Assembly (NCBI GenBank): GCA_944329355.1
Contig: CALVID010000003.1
Location: 3,130-67,129 of the forward strand
Source: an uncultured Bacilli bacterium
Lineage (GTDB): Bacteria > Bacillota_I > Bacilli_A > RF39 > UBA660
Direction of reading: 5' to 3'
DNA: 64,000 nt
Shown: piece after piece, positions 32,603 through 42,365 of the stretch
Layout of the letters: the number at the start of each line of letters is the position of its first letter
How positions within the stretch are numbered: the stretch's first letter is position 1
The notes under the pieces: generated by a model
The model's database searches: none
What the model saw: only the letters and a program-made list of their open reading frames with translations
Told to the model about the DNA's origin: nothing
Translations under genes and position numbers: made by a program

Positions 32603-34054
32603 TTATATACCTCTATTTGTATATGAATAAGTGATGCCAGTTAAACCAATTCTATTAATATTACAGTAATGTGCATCTAAACTAGCTGTATAAACTCTTT
32701 GAACTCCTATATACCAATTACCAGTATATTTTTGAATATCACAGTTTATTCTTTCGTTACCGGAAGCATTGGTAGTAACATTGCCTTTGGCTGCATGGGT
32801 TCCAACTTTATCGTCAGCACCTTGAGGATGACTCATCCAAGTATTTCTGTTATTAGTTATACCAACCATCATTGTCGTATTAAAAGCATTACACCAAGTG
32901 TCAATATATACATATTTATATTCTGTAACATCAACTGTAGATACTGATGACATTTGGACTCTTGACCATGAGCCTTTAGGATTATTTATTGTTATATAAT
33001 ATTTATGAGTTCCATCATTTGGCTGATATTTACCTGTTCCACTTACATCTGTCAACGTTTGGGTAAAGTTTGGATTGGCTGGAACCGAATTTAATGACAT
33101 AATCACTTTTTCTTTTTTTTGCCATGATGGATATAAAGTGGCCGAGTTACAATCATCATCTTTAATACTAAATGATTTATTGTTTTTACTTATATTATAT
33201 TGAGTACCATTACTACATACTAAAGTAGCTCCTTGATAGGTAAAATCGCTGTTAGGGGTTGCTTCAAACGAAACAATTTCATCATCAATTGCTTTATTCT
33301 TTGAAAGTTTTGAATTACCACCTTTTACTTCACCGGTAGATAATGATACTATACCATTTACATTATAGCTACCACTAATATTTTTGCCCTCATCAACGAC
33401 AGTGGCTATTACATTTCCATTTGATGTAAAAGGAACATCTACGGTTATATCTGTTACATTGATCACTTTGCCATCATTTTTTTGATATGTACAAGTATAA
33501 TCACTACCACATCCTTCAGGGAAAGTAATAGTTACAGTTTTTCCATCATCTGTATTACTTTCGGCAAATGATGGTTTTAGTGTTAGCTCATAATCAGTAG
33601 TAGAAAAATAATAATAAGTAACATCATAGTTATATTCTTGTTTTAAATTACCACTTTCTAAAACCATTTGTGTGTGCAGATAACAGTTAGTATCTCTACA
33701 CGAGTTATATAAAATAAAACTTTTAATATTTACTGTATCAGGCATGACAAAGTTTTGTCCATTGATGACAACTTTATTATTTCCTTTATCAATTTGAAGT
33801 GTTTGACCATTTATCTGGCAAGTTCCTAAATTAGATGAATTGGTGCAGCTTATACTTGTGTCAGTATTAGGAATAAGATGTTGAATGTTTTTGGAAATAA
33901 TGCTCGCTTTTTGTTGTATTGAGGTCTTTGTACCAGTATCTGCAAAAACATCTTTTACTTCAATTAAAACCTCAAATAAGAAAACTGTTATTATCATAGT
34001 TAAAGCAAAAGAGGCAATTAATTCAACGACTGTAAATCCTTTATTATTTTTCAT
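32603..34054 (-). CDS. Large type IV pilin-like protein (483 aa)
   Basis: MKNNKGFTVVELIASFALTMIITVFLF is a canonical prepilin leader (G/F, Glu+5) plus hydrophobic helix. About 450 aa of Cys-containing, beta-rich globular sequence follows. Confidence 0.75.
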   Translation of the reverse strand: MKNNKGFTVVELIASFALTMIITVFLFEVLIEVKDVFADTGTKTSIQQKASIISKNIQHLIPNTDTSISCTNSSNLGTCQINGQTLQIDKGNNKVVINGQNFVMPDTVNIKSFILYNSCRDTNCYLHTQMVLESGNLKQEYNYDVTYYYFSTTDYELTLKPSFAESNTDDGKTVTITFPEGCGSDYTCTYQKNDGKVINVTDITVDVPFTSNGNVIATVVDEGKNISGSYNVNGIVSLSTGEVKGGNSKLSKNKAIDDEIVSFEATPNSDFTYQGATLVCSNGTQYNISKNNKSFSIKDDDCNSATLYPSWQKKEKVIMSLNSVPANPNFTQTLTDVSGTGKYQPNDGTHKYYITINNPKGSWSRVQMSSVSTVDVTEYKYVYIDTWCNAFNTTMMVGITNNRNTWMSHPQGADDKVGTHAAKGNVTTNASGNERINCDIQKYTGNWYIGVQRVYTASLDAHYCNINRIGLTGITYSYTNRGI

Positions 34055-34066
34055 AATTTTCCTCCT

Positions 34067-35335
34067 TTACTTTATTTGATAAGGGTTTTCTATGGTACCC
34101 TCGCCTGTTAATTTAGTATCAGACTTCAGATATAAAACTGGAGCAATATAATAAGAATTATTTATAGATGCACTGTAAATTTGACCATCCGGAAGTATAG
34201 TATAACCAAGGTTGTCAGACCCTGTATAAGGTGAAATTATCCAGTAGTCATTATTTTTTATTAACCAATTTGTTGTTTTACATGTACTATCATTATTTTC
34301 AATACTTAAATTGTTGTTATTTAAATTAAAATTGCCACATAATTCATTATTGGTATTTGCTCTTAAATATTCACTAGCTGTTATTAATCCTACACTGGCA
34401 CTTTCTGATTGAGAATTATTTTCATTTTCTATTTGTTCAGCCAAATTATTATTAATATTTGTTACTGCTCCTATACTCCAAGTCTTTTGCACTATTTTCG
34501 CATAGTCATTTGGAGTTGTTTCTTGTATAGATGTTAAATAATCACCGTTTAAATATGTTTTTATATCTGACGGTCTATCCCAGAGATTTGAATTAGTCGA
34601 ATCAAATACTCTATTTGGAAGTAATTCGTTTCGTATTATTTTTATACTACCATTTTGATCTATTGACAATATTCTCCAATTTTCATTATTAAAGGTTATA
34701 TAGTTGTTTGGATTGGCTCCTTTATAGGTATATTTTCCTTCTTCATATTCGTCTATATACAATCCATCACCTTCTGTAACAACTAATTCTTTTAAATCTT
34801 CTGAGGTGATTATTACTTCTGTATTAACATTATCCATAGCTATAGTTGCATATGTTCCATTGTTAAATTCAGCAAATAATCGTCCTTTATTTTGAACAAC
34901 ATTAGTTTCTACTCTAGAAATAAAATCTCTAAAATGTTGATTTATTGTGTTATCTTCATTATTAGAAACATAATTTTGGATTATACTTATATCTGAAGAG
35001 GTATAAATTATCGTTTTGGCACCCATTTTATTAATAAGTCTATCACAAAAAACATCTATTAATCCAGCGGACATATTGCAAGATTCATCTTTGTAAACAA
35101 CTACATATGGTTTATCTTCAGTTAATTGTTCTGATAAGTTATAATTATTTACTTTAAGATAATTTACAACTGAAGATAAGTCATATATAGACTCTACATT
35201 ATTATAATTATAGCTATTTTTATAATTTATAGTTAAATTGCTGAACTGTACATAAAGCAATATTAAAACAGTCAACACAAAGGTTGATACTACTAATGAT
35301 TCAGCAAGCAAAAAGCCTCTATTATTCTTTTTCAT
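34067..35335 (-). CDS. Large type IV pilin-like protein (422 aa) with C-terminal putative adhesin-like domain
   Basis: MKKNNRGFLLAESLVVSTFVLTVLILLY has G/F and Glu+5. The C-terminal half carries NENWRILSI, GLITASEYL, DYWIISPY and YYIAPVLYLK motifs. Confidence 0.7.
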   Translation of the reverse strand: MKKNNRGFLLAESLVVSTFVLTVLILLYVQFSNLTINYKNSYNYNNVESIYDLSSVVNYLKVNNYNLSEQLTEDKPYVVVYKDESCNMSAGLIDVFCDRLINKMGAKTIIYTSSDISIIQNYVSNNEDNTINQHFRDFISRVETNVVQNKGRLFAEFNNGTYATIAMDNVNTEVIITSEDLKELVVTEGDGLYIDEYEEGKYTYKGANPNNYITFNNENWRILSIDQNGSIKIIRNELLPNRVFDSTNSNLWDRPSDIKTYLNGDYLTSIQETTPNDYAKIVQKTWSIGAVTNINNNLAEQIENENNSQSESASVGLITASEYLRANTNNELCGNFNLNNNNLSIENNDSTCKTTNWLIKNNDYWIISPYTGSDNLGYTILPDGQIYSASINNSYYIAPVLYLKSDTKLTGEGTIENPYQIK

Positions 35336-35439
35336 ATTTTTACTCCTTTGGGAATTGTATTTATTCTAAAACTATTATATAATATATCTAGGATAAAATC
35401 TAGTCCTAAATAAAAGATAAGAAAGGTAGGCTTATTTAT

Positions 35440-36786
35440 ATGTTAAGAACTTTTGATTTTGCAAAGGTACCAATTGTAGATATAATTAACGATATCTTGG
35501 TAGATTCTTCTAAAAAAGGAGCGAGTGATATTCATTTTGATCCTTACGAAGATCATTTGCTTATTAGAATTAGAATTGATGGTATATTAATAGATTATGC
35601 GAAAGTACCAGAGGCTTATCGAGATTATTTAGTTACACGTATTAAAACAATATCTAAAATGAATATTACAGAATCTAGATTGCCACAAGATGGGGCTATA
35701 AAAGAAACTTTAGAAGGAATTGATTTGGATTTGCGTGTTTCTTCTTTACCTGTTAGTACTGGTGAAAAAATTGTTATACGTATTTTAGATTATACTAGAA
35801 GTATGGCTGGTTTAAATGAACTAGGTTTTAGTGAAGAAAATTATAAAAAGGTTTTAGAAATGATAAATGTTCCGAATGGAATTATTTTGGTTACTGGTGC
35901 GACTGGTAGTGGTAAAAGTACTACCGTTTATTCTATGCTTCAACAGTTAAATACTTCTGCTACTAATATTATTACTGTTGAAGATCCAATTGAAATGGAT
36001 ATAACGGGTATAAACCAAGTTCAGACTAATCCTAAAATTGGTTTAACTTTTGCGACTGCTTTAAGATCTATTTTAAGACAAGATCCAAATATTATTATGA
36101 TTGGTGAAATAAGAGATACTGAAACTGCTAAAATTGCTGTTCGTGCCTCAATTACTGGACATTTAGTTTTATCAACATTACATACTAATACAGCGTTAAA
36201 TACTATTGAAAGATTAATCGACATGGATGTTCAAAGATATTTATTAGCTTCAGCTTTGGAAGGTGTTATTTCGCAAAAACTAGCTAGACAATTATGCCCA
36301 CACTGTAAGACTAAAAGAAAAACTAGTGAATATGAAAGAATGGTTTTTAAAACTGTATTAAATAAAGATGTGGATGAAATTTATGATGCTGAAGGTTGTG
36401 AACATTGTCATGATGGTTATAGTGGTCGTATGGCTATCCATGAAGTTTTGAGAATTGATCAAGATATTCGTGATGCTTTAAGTAACGGTAAACCTAAAGA
36501 AGAGATTCGTCATCTAGTTTATGGGACTGGTAATGTAGTTACTATGCTACAAGATGGTTTAGAAAAAGTCATTCAAGGATTTACTTCTTTTGAAGAAATT
36601 TTGAAATTAATCGAGCTTGAAGATGATGATAAGATTAGTAGTAATAGCGAATTAAAAGATGCTATTATTAAAACTAAAGAAAATTTGGCTATTCAAGTTA
36701 AAGAAGGCGAATATTTAGGTAACCGTGAAGAAAATAATGATAAAAATTTTTATAGTTATGAAGATGTAGAAAGTTTAGACATTTAA
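35440..36786 (+). CDS. PilB/GspE/ComGA-family assembly ATPase (no N-terminal GSPII domain; ~70-aa acidic C-terminal extension)
   Basis: Contains ASDIHFDP, Walker A VTGATGSGKSTT, the Asp box IITVEDPIE, RQDPNIIMIGEIRD, the His box LVLSTLHTN, and a tetracysteine CPHC...CEHC. Confidence 0.88.
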   Translation: MLRTFDFAKVPIVDIINDILVDSSKKGASDIHFDPYEDHLLIRIRIDGILIDYAKVPEAYRDYLVTRIKTISKMNITESRLPQDGAIKETLEGIDLDLRVSSLPVSTGEKIVIRILDYTRSMAGLNELGFSEENYKKVLEMINVPNGIILVTGATGSGKSTTVYSMLQQLNTSATNIITVEDPIEMDITGINQVQTNPKIGLTFATALRSILRQDPNIIMIGEIRDTETAKIAVRASITGHLVLSTLHTNTALNTIERLIDMDVQRYLLASALEGVISQKLARQLCPHCKTKRKTSEYERMVFKTVLNKDVDEIYDAEGCEHCHDGYSGRMAIHEVLRIDQDIRDALSNGKPKEEIRHLVYGTGNVVTMLQDGLEKVIQGFTSFEEILKLIELEDDDKISSNSELKDAIIKTKENLAIQVKEGEYLGNREENNDKNFYSYEDVESLDI

Positions 36787-36794
36787 AAACACAG

Positions 36795-37283
36795 TTAATT
36801 AGCTGTGTTTTTATATTTGGCAATGGCTTTGGCCGTTACGTTTTTTAAATTACCTTTGGTAACAGCGGTTATAGTTCTTGTTTCATTTGGTTTTAAAGGT
36901 TCACCTATATTACCACGTAGTGTAATAACTTCATTACCATTTTTATCTTGCAATATAATATCAACATCACTAATAGTGCTGTCTGTTTGTGAAACATTAG
37001 TTACATCAGCAGTAAAAGTGCTATAACCATTTTCAGAGATTAAAGATATATTTGTAAATTCTAAACCTTCATATTTTTCATCTTTTATTACATCTTTTCG
37101 AGTATTGGCTACTAAACCATTTTCATTTTCGTTTTTAGCAATTTGAATTTTTTCTTTATCAAATCTTAATGATATTATAATTCCAACAGTTAAAGCTACA
37201 ATTACTACCAAAAAAACGATTAAAAATAATTTGTCTTTTTTTAAAATTGAAATAGTTCTATTGTTTTTTTTCTTAGTTTTCAT
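36795..37283 (-). CDS. Membrane-anchored beta-rich protein (162 aa), paralog of 49830-50267
   Basis: Single N-terminal TM helix. The ectodomain LEFTNISL...TFTADVTNVS...ISDVDIILQDKNGN...IGEPL...TKGNLKNV aligns with the 145-aa protein downstream of the HerA-like ATPase. Confidence 0.55.
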   Translation of the reverse strand: MKTKKKNNRTISILKKDKLFLIVFLVVIVALTVGIIISLRFDKEKIQIAKNENENGLVANTRKDVIKDEKYEGLEFTNISLISENGYSTFTADVTNVSQTDSTISDVDIILQDKNGNEVITLRGNIGEPLKPNETRTITAVTKGNLKNVTAKAIAKYKNTAN

Positions 37284-37338
37284 TTAGTCCCCTACTTTCT
37301 TATTAATATTATAATTTATTTTAGGGACAATTTCAATA

Positions 37339-37776
37339 CTATAAATAAACTTTTAGCTTTTCGATATATTCTTCTCCAAATTTTCTTAATGATTTAGCTA
37401 TATCAAGCACTTTTTTGTCAGCTGTTTTTGCATAGTTATCAATATGTTTTGTTAATTCTAAATTTCCCATAGTTAATCCTTGAATTAACATATCAGCTAT
37501 ATTAGAATCGCTATTGTCATTTATCATTTCCTTATTAATATTCATCTTAGACATAACTTTAGCCATCATGCCTATTGGTTTCGCTTTTAAATCTTTTTTG
37601 TTTAATAATTTTTCTGTTTCTTTAGAATATTTTTCATAATTTTTTTCGATTTCTGGTAGAAGCTTTTTTATTTTATTATCTTTACCTTTTAAACTAATAA
37701 TTAAATCTTTGGTACTTTGCATACCCATATTACTTGTTTGATAAATATATTCGAGTATTTCTTCATTTTCATTCAT
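37339..37776 (-). CDS. Hypothetical helical protein (145 aa)
   Basis: K/E-rich ORF that looks all-helical. No motif recognised. Confidence 0.45.
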   Translation of the reverse strand: MNENEEILEYIYQTSNMGMQSTKDLIISLKGKDNKIKKLLPEIEKNYEKYSKETEKLLNKKDLKAKPIGMMAKVMSKMNINKEMINDNSDSNIADMLIQGLTMGNLELTKHIDNYAKTADKKVLDIAKSLRKFGEEYIEKLKVYL

Positions 37777-37833
37777 CTTATCATTCCTTTCACCTTTTAT
37801 TATGCGAAAAATTTTTATATTTATACAAACAAA

Positions 37834-38874
37834 TTATTTTCTTTTGAAACATTTCTTTTCATGTGTGTTTAATATTCCTATGGCTTCTAGGTAAGCGTAT
37901 ATAATTGTGGTTCCTACAAAACTCATACCTTTATGTTTTAAATCTTTAGAAATTTTATCTGAGAGTTGTGAAGATGTTCTATGTTTTTCATATATTATTT
38001 TGTTATTTGTAAAACTCCAAATATACTTAGAAAATGATCCATACTCTTTTTGAATTTGTTTAAATATTTTAGCGTTTTTTATAGAAGCTTTTATTTTTAA
38101 AGTATTTCTAATTATTCCCTTATTTTCTTTTAATTCATTGATTTTTGTTTCATCATAGTTTATGACTTTATTAATATCAAAATTATCATAAGCTTTTTGA
38201 AAATTTTCCCTTTTATTTAAAATACATTCCCAAGAAAGACCTGCTTGAAAGGATTCTAATATTAGTATTTCAAATAATTTTTGATCATCATGAGTTGGCT
38301 CTCCCCATTCTTCATCATGATATTTAACATATAAAGGATTATTTAAATTGCACCAACTACATCTTTGTATGCTTTCTTTTGGTAACTTATATTGGGCTAT
38401 ATCGACATTTTCTAATTTTAATAATTTTATTTTATTTTCAATACCACCACTATAACCTGTTAAACCATTATTACCTAACACTCTATGACATGGAATAATA
38501 ATAGGAATTGGATTATGAGCTATCGCACTTCCTACGGCTCTACATGCCTTTGGATTATTTATTTTTTTAGCTATTTCTTTATAGGTAATAGTTTTTCCGT
38601 AGGAAATATTTTTTAAAGTATTCCAAACTTCTATTTGAAATGTAGTTCCTTTTGGTTTTAAGGATAGTTCATTTATATTGGGGTTTTTACCATTAAAATA
38701 TTTATCTAACCAAAGTTTTGTTTGAGTAAATATTTTTAAATCTTTTTCTATTGCCTTGGCTTTTAAATTTTCATAAAATCTATCGTTTTCGAATAAAATA
38801 TAATTTAAAGTATCTCCATCACTTATTAAAGTAAGTAGACCTAAGGGCGATTTATAATGTGATTTATATAACAT
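37834..38874 (-). CDS. Fusion: methylated-DNA--protein-cysteine methyltransferase (Ogt) plus DNA-3-methyladenine glycosylase I (Tag)
   Basis: The N-terminal half has the acceptor motif IIIPCHRVLG. The C-terminal half starts with RCSWCNLNNPLYVKYHDEEWGEP, the Tag zinc-snap/active-site signature. Confidence 0.8.
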   Translation of the reverse strand: MLYKSHYKSPLGLLTLISDGDTLNYILFENDRFYENLKAKAIEKDLKIFTQTKLWLDKYFNGKNPNINELSLKPKGTTFQIEVWNTLKNISYGKTITYKEIAKKINNPKACRAVGSAIAHNPIPIIIPCHRVLGNNGLTGYSGGIENKIKLLKLENVDIAQYKLPKESIQRCSWCNLNNPLYVKYHDEEWGEPTHDDQKLFEILILESFQAGLSWECILNKRENFQKAYDNFDINKVINYDETKINELKENKGIIRNTLKIKASIKNAKIFKQIQKEYGSFSKYIWSFTNNKIIYEKHRTSSQLSDKISKDLKHKGMSFVGTTIIYAYLEAIGILNTHEKKCFKRK

Positions 38875-38875
38875 T

Positions 38876-40453
38876 TTATACTCTTAATTTAAAGGTTTTA
38901 GGTGCTTTTTTATAAACTAAGATTAGAGACACTAAAGAATATACTATACTAAAAATAATAGTAGCTAGGCCAAAATAGAATGTTGGAAGTTTTTCACCAA
39001 TAAAGAAATAACATACAAAATAAGTTAAACCTTGAACTACTGAATATGTAGAACTTTTCATTTCCGTATTTACATTATAGGGCTGTAATAGATAATACAT
39101 GACTAAATAGTGAACTGAGAAAAATATACTCATAGCTATAATTGAGACAAATAAGATTATATAGTTTAAATTTTCCATAGTTCCACCAGATATATATAAA
39201 AGGAAGGCTAAACCAGCTCCAATTAAAATAGCGGGAATTAAGTTTATTAATATTAATGTTTTAAGTCTTTCTTTAAATACACCTAAAATAACTTTTGGAG
39301 TTCTATATATACGGTATGTAAGCATACTGTGGTCGCAGTTCATAAACATGGCCTGGGTTACGGTCGTACCCCTATTTAAAATGTACATTACAAAGACAAA
39401 GTATGGCAAATATATTAGTAGTAAAGCATTTACTCCTTTAGCTACATTTTCGTTTTTTAAAACTACAATAGTTAAAACGGCAAAAATACCGATTATGACC
39501 ATAGACTGTTTTTTGACAGCTTTAGTTAATATTTTACTATGTCTTTTGACAAATAGTTCGTGAAAGTAGGCAAAACCATGTTTATTACTTGTGAATGATT
39601 TATCTAACTCTATTTGTTTAGAAACATTTTCTTTAACCACTTGATTACTTTTCGCATTTTCTGTGGCATAAACGTTTTCATTTGTTAAAATTTGTTTATA
39701 TATTTGTTTATATTTGTCAAATGAGTTTATTATTTTGATAGATAAAATACCTAAAATTAAACTAATGATGAAACAGATTAGGAAAACAATTTGATTAATA
39801 ACTATACCTATATAAGGAAGTCCATAGGCAAGTAAAAGTAAGATAAGGATTACTATCCAAGTAAATTTATCTAATTTATTTTCATTTTTAGCTATTTTGG
39901 TTTTTTTATAGTCTATTAAAACGTAGGCACTGAAAATCATTTTTATCATGACGACAAAAATAGGCATGATTATACATATATATAGTGGTATTTTAGATAA
40001 TAGTCCAAAGATTATAGTAAATGGCATGAAGCCAATAAATGTTTTTATCATGGAATAAATATAGTTAGAAATAGTATATTTTTTAGCATCCATATTCATG
40101 ATTATCATGGCATAGTATTTATCTTTTGTAGGGTTAAACATATAGGTGTTCATGATGCCACCAATGATAGTTAGAAATAAAAATATATGAATAAATGTAT
40201 TTGCACTTTCTAATTTAAAAACTGGTAACATGGATGTGATACAAAAGAAAATATATAAGAGTTTACCTAAGAATATACTGCCTATCTCCATAAGTATACT
40301 AATGATATTACCAATTATTTTTAAAGCTTTATTTTTATATAAACTATCTTTTAGTATTTTTCTTATAATTGGTAATTGTTTAATAGAATAAATGACACTA
40401 TTAACACGGTAAGTGTTTTTTAATTTAAAAGATGTAATGAAAGTGGCTAACAT
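38876..40453 (-). CDS. Polytopic membrane protein, putative ABC exporter permease
   Basis: 525 aa with ~12 predicted TM helices. It starts 2 nt after the ABC ATPase gene stop. Confidence 0.55.
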   Translation of the reverse strand: MLATFITSFKLKNTYRVNSVIYSIKQLPIIRKILKDSLYKNKALKIIGNIISILMEIGSIFLGKLLYIFFCITSMLPVFKLESANTFIHIFLFLTIIGGIMNTYMFNPTKDKYYAMIIMNMDAKKYTISNYIYSMIKTFIGFMPFTIIFGLLSKIPLYICIIMPIFVVMIKMIFSAYVLIDYKKTKIAKNENKLDKFTWIVILILLLLAYGLPYIGIVINQIVFLICFIISLILGILSIKIINSFDKYKQIYKQILTNENVYATENAKSNQVVKENVSKQIELDKSFTSNKHGFAYFHELFVKRHSKILTKAVKKQSMVIIGIFAVLTIVVLKNENVAKGVNALLLIYLPYFVFVMYILNRGTTVTQAMFMNCDHSMLTYRIYRTPKVILGVFKERLKTLILINLIPAILIGAGLAFLLYISGGTMENLNYIILFVSIIAMSIFFSVHYLVMYYLLQPYNVNTEMKSSTYSVVQGLTYFVCYFFIGEKLPTFYFGLATIIFSIVYSLVSLILVYKKAPKTFKLRV

Positions 40454-40454
40454 A

Positions 40455-41150
40455 TTATTCCTCTTTTAGAGCCTCAATTATTTTATTTTTGAAACTTTGA
40501 GTATCTTCTTTGTCATTTTCTATTTCAGTAAGTACGCCTTTGTTTAAAATAACTATTTCATCACATAAATCTAAAGCAAGTTCCATAATGTGGGTTGAGA
40601 AAATAATTATATGGTCTTTTTTTATGTCTTTAAATAATTGCTTCATTTCTTCTTGGGCAACAACATCAAGTGATGTTAATGGTTCATCTAAAAGCAAAAT
40701 ATCTGGTGAGGCAATAATATTGACAAGCATCTGCATTTTATTTTTCATGCCATGAGAATAATCTTTCATTAATTTATCTCTATCTTCTTTTTCTATTTGG
40801 ACAAAATCAAAATATTCGTCAGTAGTTTTTTTGTTTTTTATTCTTTTTTCATTTATTTCTATAAAGAATTTTAAAAATTCCCTTCCTGTTAAAAATTCTG
40901 GAACATTAGGGGTTGATAAAACATAACCAATGTCTTCTGGTTTTATATTTCTATCAGATACATCATTTATATAAAACTCTCCTCCATCTAAATCTAAATC
41001 TTCATTTAAACAGTTGAATAAAGTTGTTTTACCAGCGCCATTTCGGCCTAGTAAACCGTATATTTTTCCTTTTTCAAATTCAAAGTTTATGTCTTTTAAA
41101 ACTTCTTTTTTTTCAAAATTTTTCTTTAAATGTTTAATAACTAACTTCAT
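40455..41150 (-). CDS. ABC transporter ATP-binding protein
   Basis: Walker A GLLGRNGAGKTT, signature-like YSHGMKNK and Walker B ILLLDEP. Confidence 0.88.
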   Translation of the reverse strand: MKLVIKHLKKNFEKKEVLKDINFEFEKGKIYGLLGRNGAGKTTLFNCLNEDLDLDGGEFYINDVSDRNIKPEDIGYVLSTPNVPEFLTGREFLKFFIEINEKRIKNKKTTDEYFDFVQIEKEDRDKLMKDYSHGMKNKMQMLVNIIASPDILLLDEPLTSLDVVAQEEMKQLFKDIKKDHIIIFSTHIMELALDLCDEIVILNKGVLTEIENDKEDTQSFKNKIIEALKEE

Positions 41151-41179
41151 GTTTTCCTCCTGAATTTCACATTTATTTC

Positions 41180-41208
41180 ATTATACATGATGCATATATG
41201 TTTGACAA
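41180..41208 (-). promoter_or_regulatory. Sigma-A type promoter of the ABC operon
   Basis: Minus strand has TTGTCA, a 17-nt spacer and TATAAT, ~30 nt upstream of the GGAGG RBS. Confidence 0.6.
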
Positions 41209-41223
41209 TAATTTTAGAAAAAA

Positions 41224-41247
41224 ATTCTAGATTAGAGTTCTAGAACT
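41224..41247. promoter_or_regulatory. Paired TCTAGA-core palindromes just upstream of the -35 (possible operator)
   Basis: TTCTAGA-TTAGA-GTTCTAGAAC. The second unit is a perfect 10-bp palindrome. Confidence 0.25.
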
Positions 41248-41432
41248 TTAATTAAAACTATTTTCATAAATATCTAAAAAAATACTGACGAATCTCGCCT
41301 GCTCTTTATCTTTTGTAGAGCCTTTTGTTACTTGACATCCATAGGTTTGATACTGGTGGTAGAGTTTTAATGATTTAACAAAAAGTTTTTATTTTGGACT
41401 ATTGACTTTATACTTTATCAATATTATATTTT

Positions 41433-42365
41433 TTAATTATTATTTTTAATTTTATTAAAATATATATCACCACTATTTTGATGTTTGGTTTTAATAGCCT
41501 CTATAAATTTTTCTTTACTAGTTTCACCAAAACCACTGAAAGAAACATCTCCTATAACTGTATAAGGAACTCCTGTAGCTTCTTCTCCTAAAGCAGCAGC
41601 AAATCTATTCATAATTTCAGCATTTTCTTGGTTTTCCCAAACTTCATAAGTATATAAATTGTAATAATCACCATACTCTTCTTTTATTTCATCAAAGAAA
41701 GCGAATTCTTCTTTACAGTGTGGGCAGGTACTTCCCCAGAAAAGGTAAATATTAACTTTATTTTTATCATGAGTAACATTTTCTAAACTAATTTCTTTTA
41801 CATTTTCTTTGGGAGTGGTATTGGTGGTTTCTTCATTATTATTGCTGGTGTTTTCTTCGACATTATTTTCATTACTTACGGAGTTTGAATTATCAACTTC
41901 TTTTAATAAAACATAGTCTGTAAACCATTTTTCAAAGTCATCTTTTGATTTATAATATTTTAAATCATTATCACTATTTGCATCTAGATAATCAACCATT
42001 ATTCCTTTGTTAAAGATGGCAAATGATGGATAGTATTTTATTGATTCACTTAATTTTGTATCTTTAATATCAGAAAAAGCAATTTTATAAATCTTGATAT
42101 TATTATTTGTTATAAAGTCATATAATACTTCTTCAAAATTAGCTGACGTAACGCATGCGGGCTGATAGACAAATAAAGCAAAAGATTCTTTATCATCCAT
42201 TAATTTTTCTAAATCAGATGTTTCAATTTCTATAAATTCACTACTTCCATAATATTTATCTTCTAAAGAAAATTTTTGAATGGGCATAATTTTTATGACT
42301 ACAAAAACTACCGAAATCAATAAAAGAAGTGGTATAACCCACATGAATTTTTTATTCATTTTCAT
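41433..42365 (-). CDS. Membrane-anchored double thioredoxin-fold protein (extracytoplasmic thiol-disulfide oxidoreductase)
   Basis: N-terminal TM helix. The second domain has WGSTCPHCKEE (CxxC). The first Trx-like domain is degenerate (YQPACVTS). The start is probably MKMNKK (42365), overlapping the upstream gene end. Confidence 0.7.
   Translation of the reverse strand: MKMNKKFMWVIPLLLLISVVFVVIKIMPIQKFSLEDKYYGSSEFIEIETSDLEKLMDDKESFALFVYQPACVTSANFEEVLYDFITNNNIKIYKIAFSDIKDTKLSESIKYYPSFAIFNKGIMVDYLDANSDNDLKYYKSKDDFEKWFTDYVLLKEVDNSNSVSNENNVEENTSNNNEETTNTTPKENVKEISLENVTHDKNKVNIYLFWGSTCPHCKEEFAFFDEIKEEYGDYYNLYTYEVWENQENAEIMNRFAAALGEEATGVPYTVIGDVSFSGFGETSKEKFIEAIKTKHQNSGDIYFNKIKNNN

Noticed and set aside
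41281-41400. Possible riboswitch or sRNA between the thioredoxin gene and the ABC operon
   Set aside because: I can see only a short GCTCT...AGAGC hairpin and a T-run, which is probably the terminator of the upstream operon. There are no conserved riboswitch core sequences I can recognise.
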